Part shown: piece by piece, positions 62,853-64,000 of the stretch
How positions within the stretch are numbered: position 1 is the stretch's first letter
How the letters are laid out: each line of letters begins with the position of its first letter
Assembly: GCF_002298605.1 (NCBI RefSeq)
Contig: NZ_DBKS01000055.1
DNA from: Bifidobacterium sp. UBA744
Lineage (GTDB): Bacteria; Actinomycetota; Actinomycetes; Actinomycetales; Bifidobacteriaceae
Reading direction: 5' to 3' (one strand)
DNA length: 64,000 bases
Notes under the pieces: generated by a model
Database searches by the model: none
Told to the model about the DNA's origin: nothing
What the model saw: the letters and a program-made list of their open reading frames with translations, nothing else
Program-made: the position numbers and the translations under genes

Positions 62853-63398
62853 TTATTTCGCAGCCAAAGCTTTGGCGACCGAATCCTTCAGGCCTTCCCA
62901 ACCCAACAGCGCGCACTTGATGCGCATGGGATATTTGGACACGCCCTGGAACACCACTGCGTCGCCAAGGCGATCCTCAGCCGCTTCGTCGTCCAGACCG
63001 GCGCCACGAGATTGCATAAGGCGGTGGAACAGGCGTTCCAGGCCCATGGCCTCGTCAACAGTGGTCCCCTCAACCAGATCCACCATAATCGACAGACTGG
63101 CCTGGCAGATCGAACAACCGTGGCCATCCCATACCAGACGTTTGATGACATGGGGCTCATCGTCGGAAATCTCCACATGCACGGTGGCCTCATCACCGCA
63201 GGTGGGATTGAACTGATGGGATTCGCCAGGCGTGCAATACTCATGCGAAGCACGAATCGTCGTGTCGCCCGCACTGCTCCCCTCCACGGCCGCGTCGGCA
63301 GCGAAATGCTCCCGGCCATGCGGATTGCGTGCGGCCTCGAGGATGACCTCTTGATACATCTGTTCGAGGCCGTCGCCGCTCATACCAAAATCGTTCAT
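62853..63398 (-). CDS. sufU: SUF system NifU-like protein
   Basis: MYQEVILE, NPTCGD, GCSICQAS and RIKCALLGW motifs. Confidence 0.92.
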   Translation of the reverse strand: MNDFGMSGDGLEQMYQEVILEAARNPHGREHFAADAAVEGSSAGDTTIRASHEYCTPGESHQFNPTCGDEATVHVEISDDEPHVIKRLVWDGHGCSICQASLSIMVDLVEGTTVDEAMGLERLFHRLMQSRGAGLDDEAAEDRLGDAVVFQGVSKYPMRIKCALLGWEGLKDSVAKALAAK

Positions 63399-63441
63399 AG
63401 CTCTCTTTGTAGTGATGCTAGGGAAAACGCGCCAGAGCGTA

Positions 63442-64000
63442 TCACTCAGCGCCGAAAAAACGACGAATGCCCTTGCATGCCTCAATCAGGGCACGCGCGT
63501 CATCGACGCTGTTATACACACCCGTGGAGGCACGGTTGGAGGCATACAGGCCGAAATGACGATGCACGGGCTGTGCGCAGTGATGCCCGACACGAACGGC
63601 GATGCCCTGCGCGTCAAGATACTGGCCGACATCATGGGGATGCACCCCGGCCACGTCAAACGCCACCGTGCCAATGCGGCGCACGTTCTCACGAGGCCCG
63701 AGAATGCGGAACCCATCCAGATCCGCCAGCTTCAGCAACTCGGCGGCAATGGTTTTCTCATGCTCCTCGACATTGGCCATGCCGATGCGCATCATCCAGT
63801 CGGCGGCCGCTCCGGCGGCGACCACCTGGGCCACCGGCTGCGTGCCGGCCTCGAAGCGCGCCGGCGGCGCCATATACTGAGCTTCCTGGTCCATCCACGC
63901 CAGTTCCACCATGGAACCGCCGAAATTGGCGGGCGGCAGCGCCTCGAGCAGCTCACGCTTGCCATAGAGGAATCCCACGCCGGTGGGACCGTACATCTTG
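63442..64000 (-). CDS. sufS: Cysteine desulfurase (3' part; runs off the window end)
   Basis: KMYGPTGVG, RFEAGT, HPHDV and VRVGHHCAQP motifs. Confidence 0.93.
   Translation of the reverse strand, partial: KMYGPTGVGFLYGKRELLEALPPANFGGSMVELAWMDQEAQYMAPPARFEAGTQPVAQVVAAGAAADWMMRIGMANVEEHEKTIAAELLKLADLDGFRILGPRENVRRIGTVAFDVAGVHPHDVGQYLDAQGIAVRVGHHCAQPVHRHFGLYASNRASTGVYNSVDDARALIEACKGIRRFFGAE

Overview
High-GC actinobacterial chromosome segment. Protein sequences and gene order point to Bifidobacterium, but the species cannot be fixed from sequence alone. It is almost all core genome, mostly on the minus strand: uvrA-uvrC-aroE-rapZ-whiA, an ABC-F ATPase, pyrBICFKDE, glnE, metE-metF, sixA-like, trmI, a TetR plus heterodimeric ABC exporter, glgA(glgM), gltBD, lepA-hemW, rpsT, ilvE, rplY, split pntA1/A2/B, an acyl-CoA ligase, HIT-phoH-ybeY-CBS-era, rsmE, tRNA-Leu(GAG), a TrmH-family gene, glgC and the end of the suf operon. 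I found no CRISPR array, IS element, prophage or defence system, so I cannot claim a wholly new system. The best signals are regulatory: (1) a CpsY/MtaR-like LysR with matching 17-bp boxes over its own start and at about -66 of metE; (2) a LexA box shared by uvrA and a divergent HSL-family esterase; (3) a perfect 24-bp operator ahead of tetR-ABC; (4) a structured rplY leader; (5) an IclR/NdgR-like box upstream of ilvE; (6) several likely leaderless genes. Start codons were refined by eye. All family assignments come from motif recognition, not database searches.
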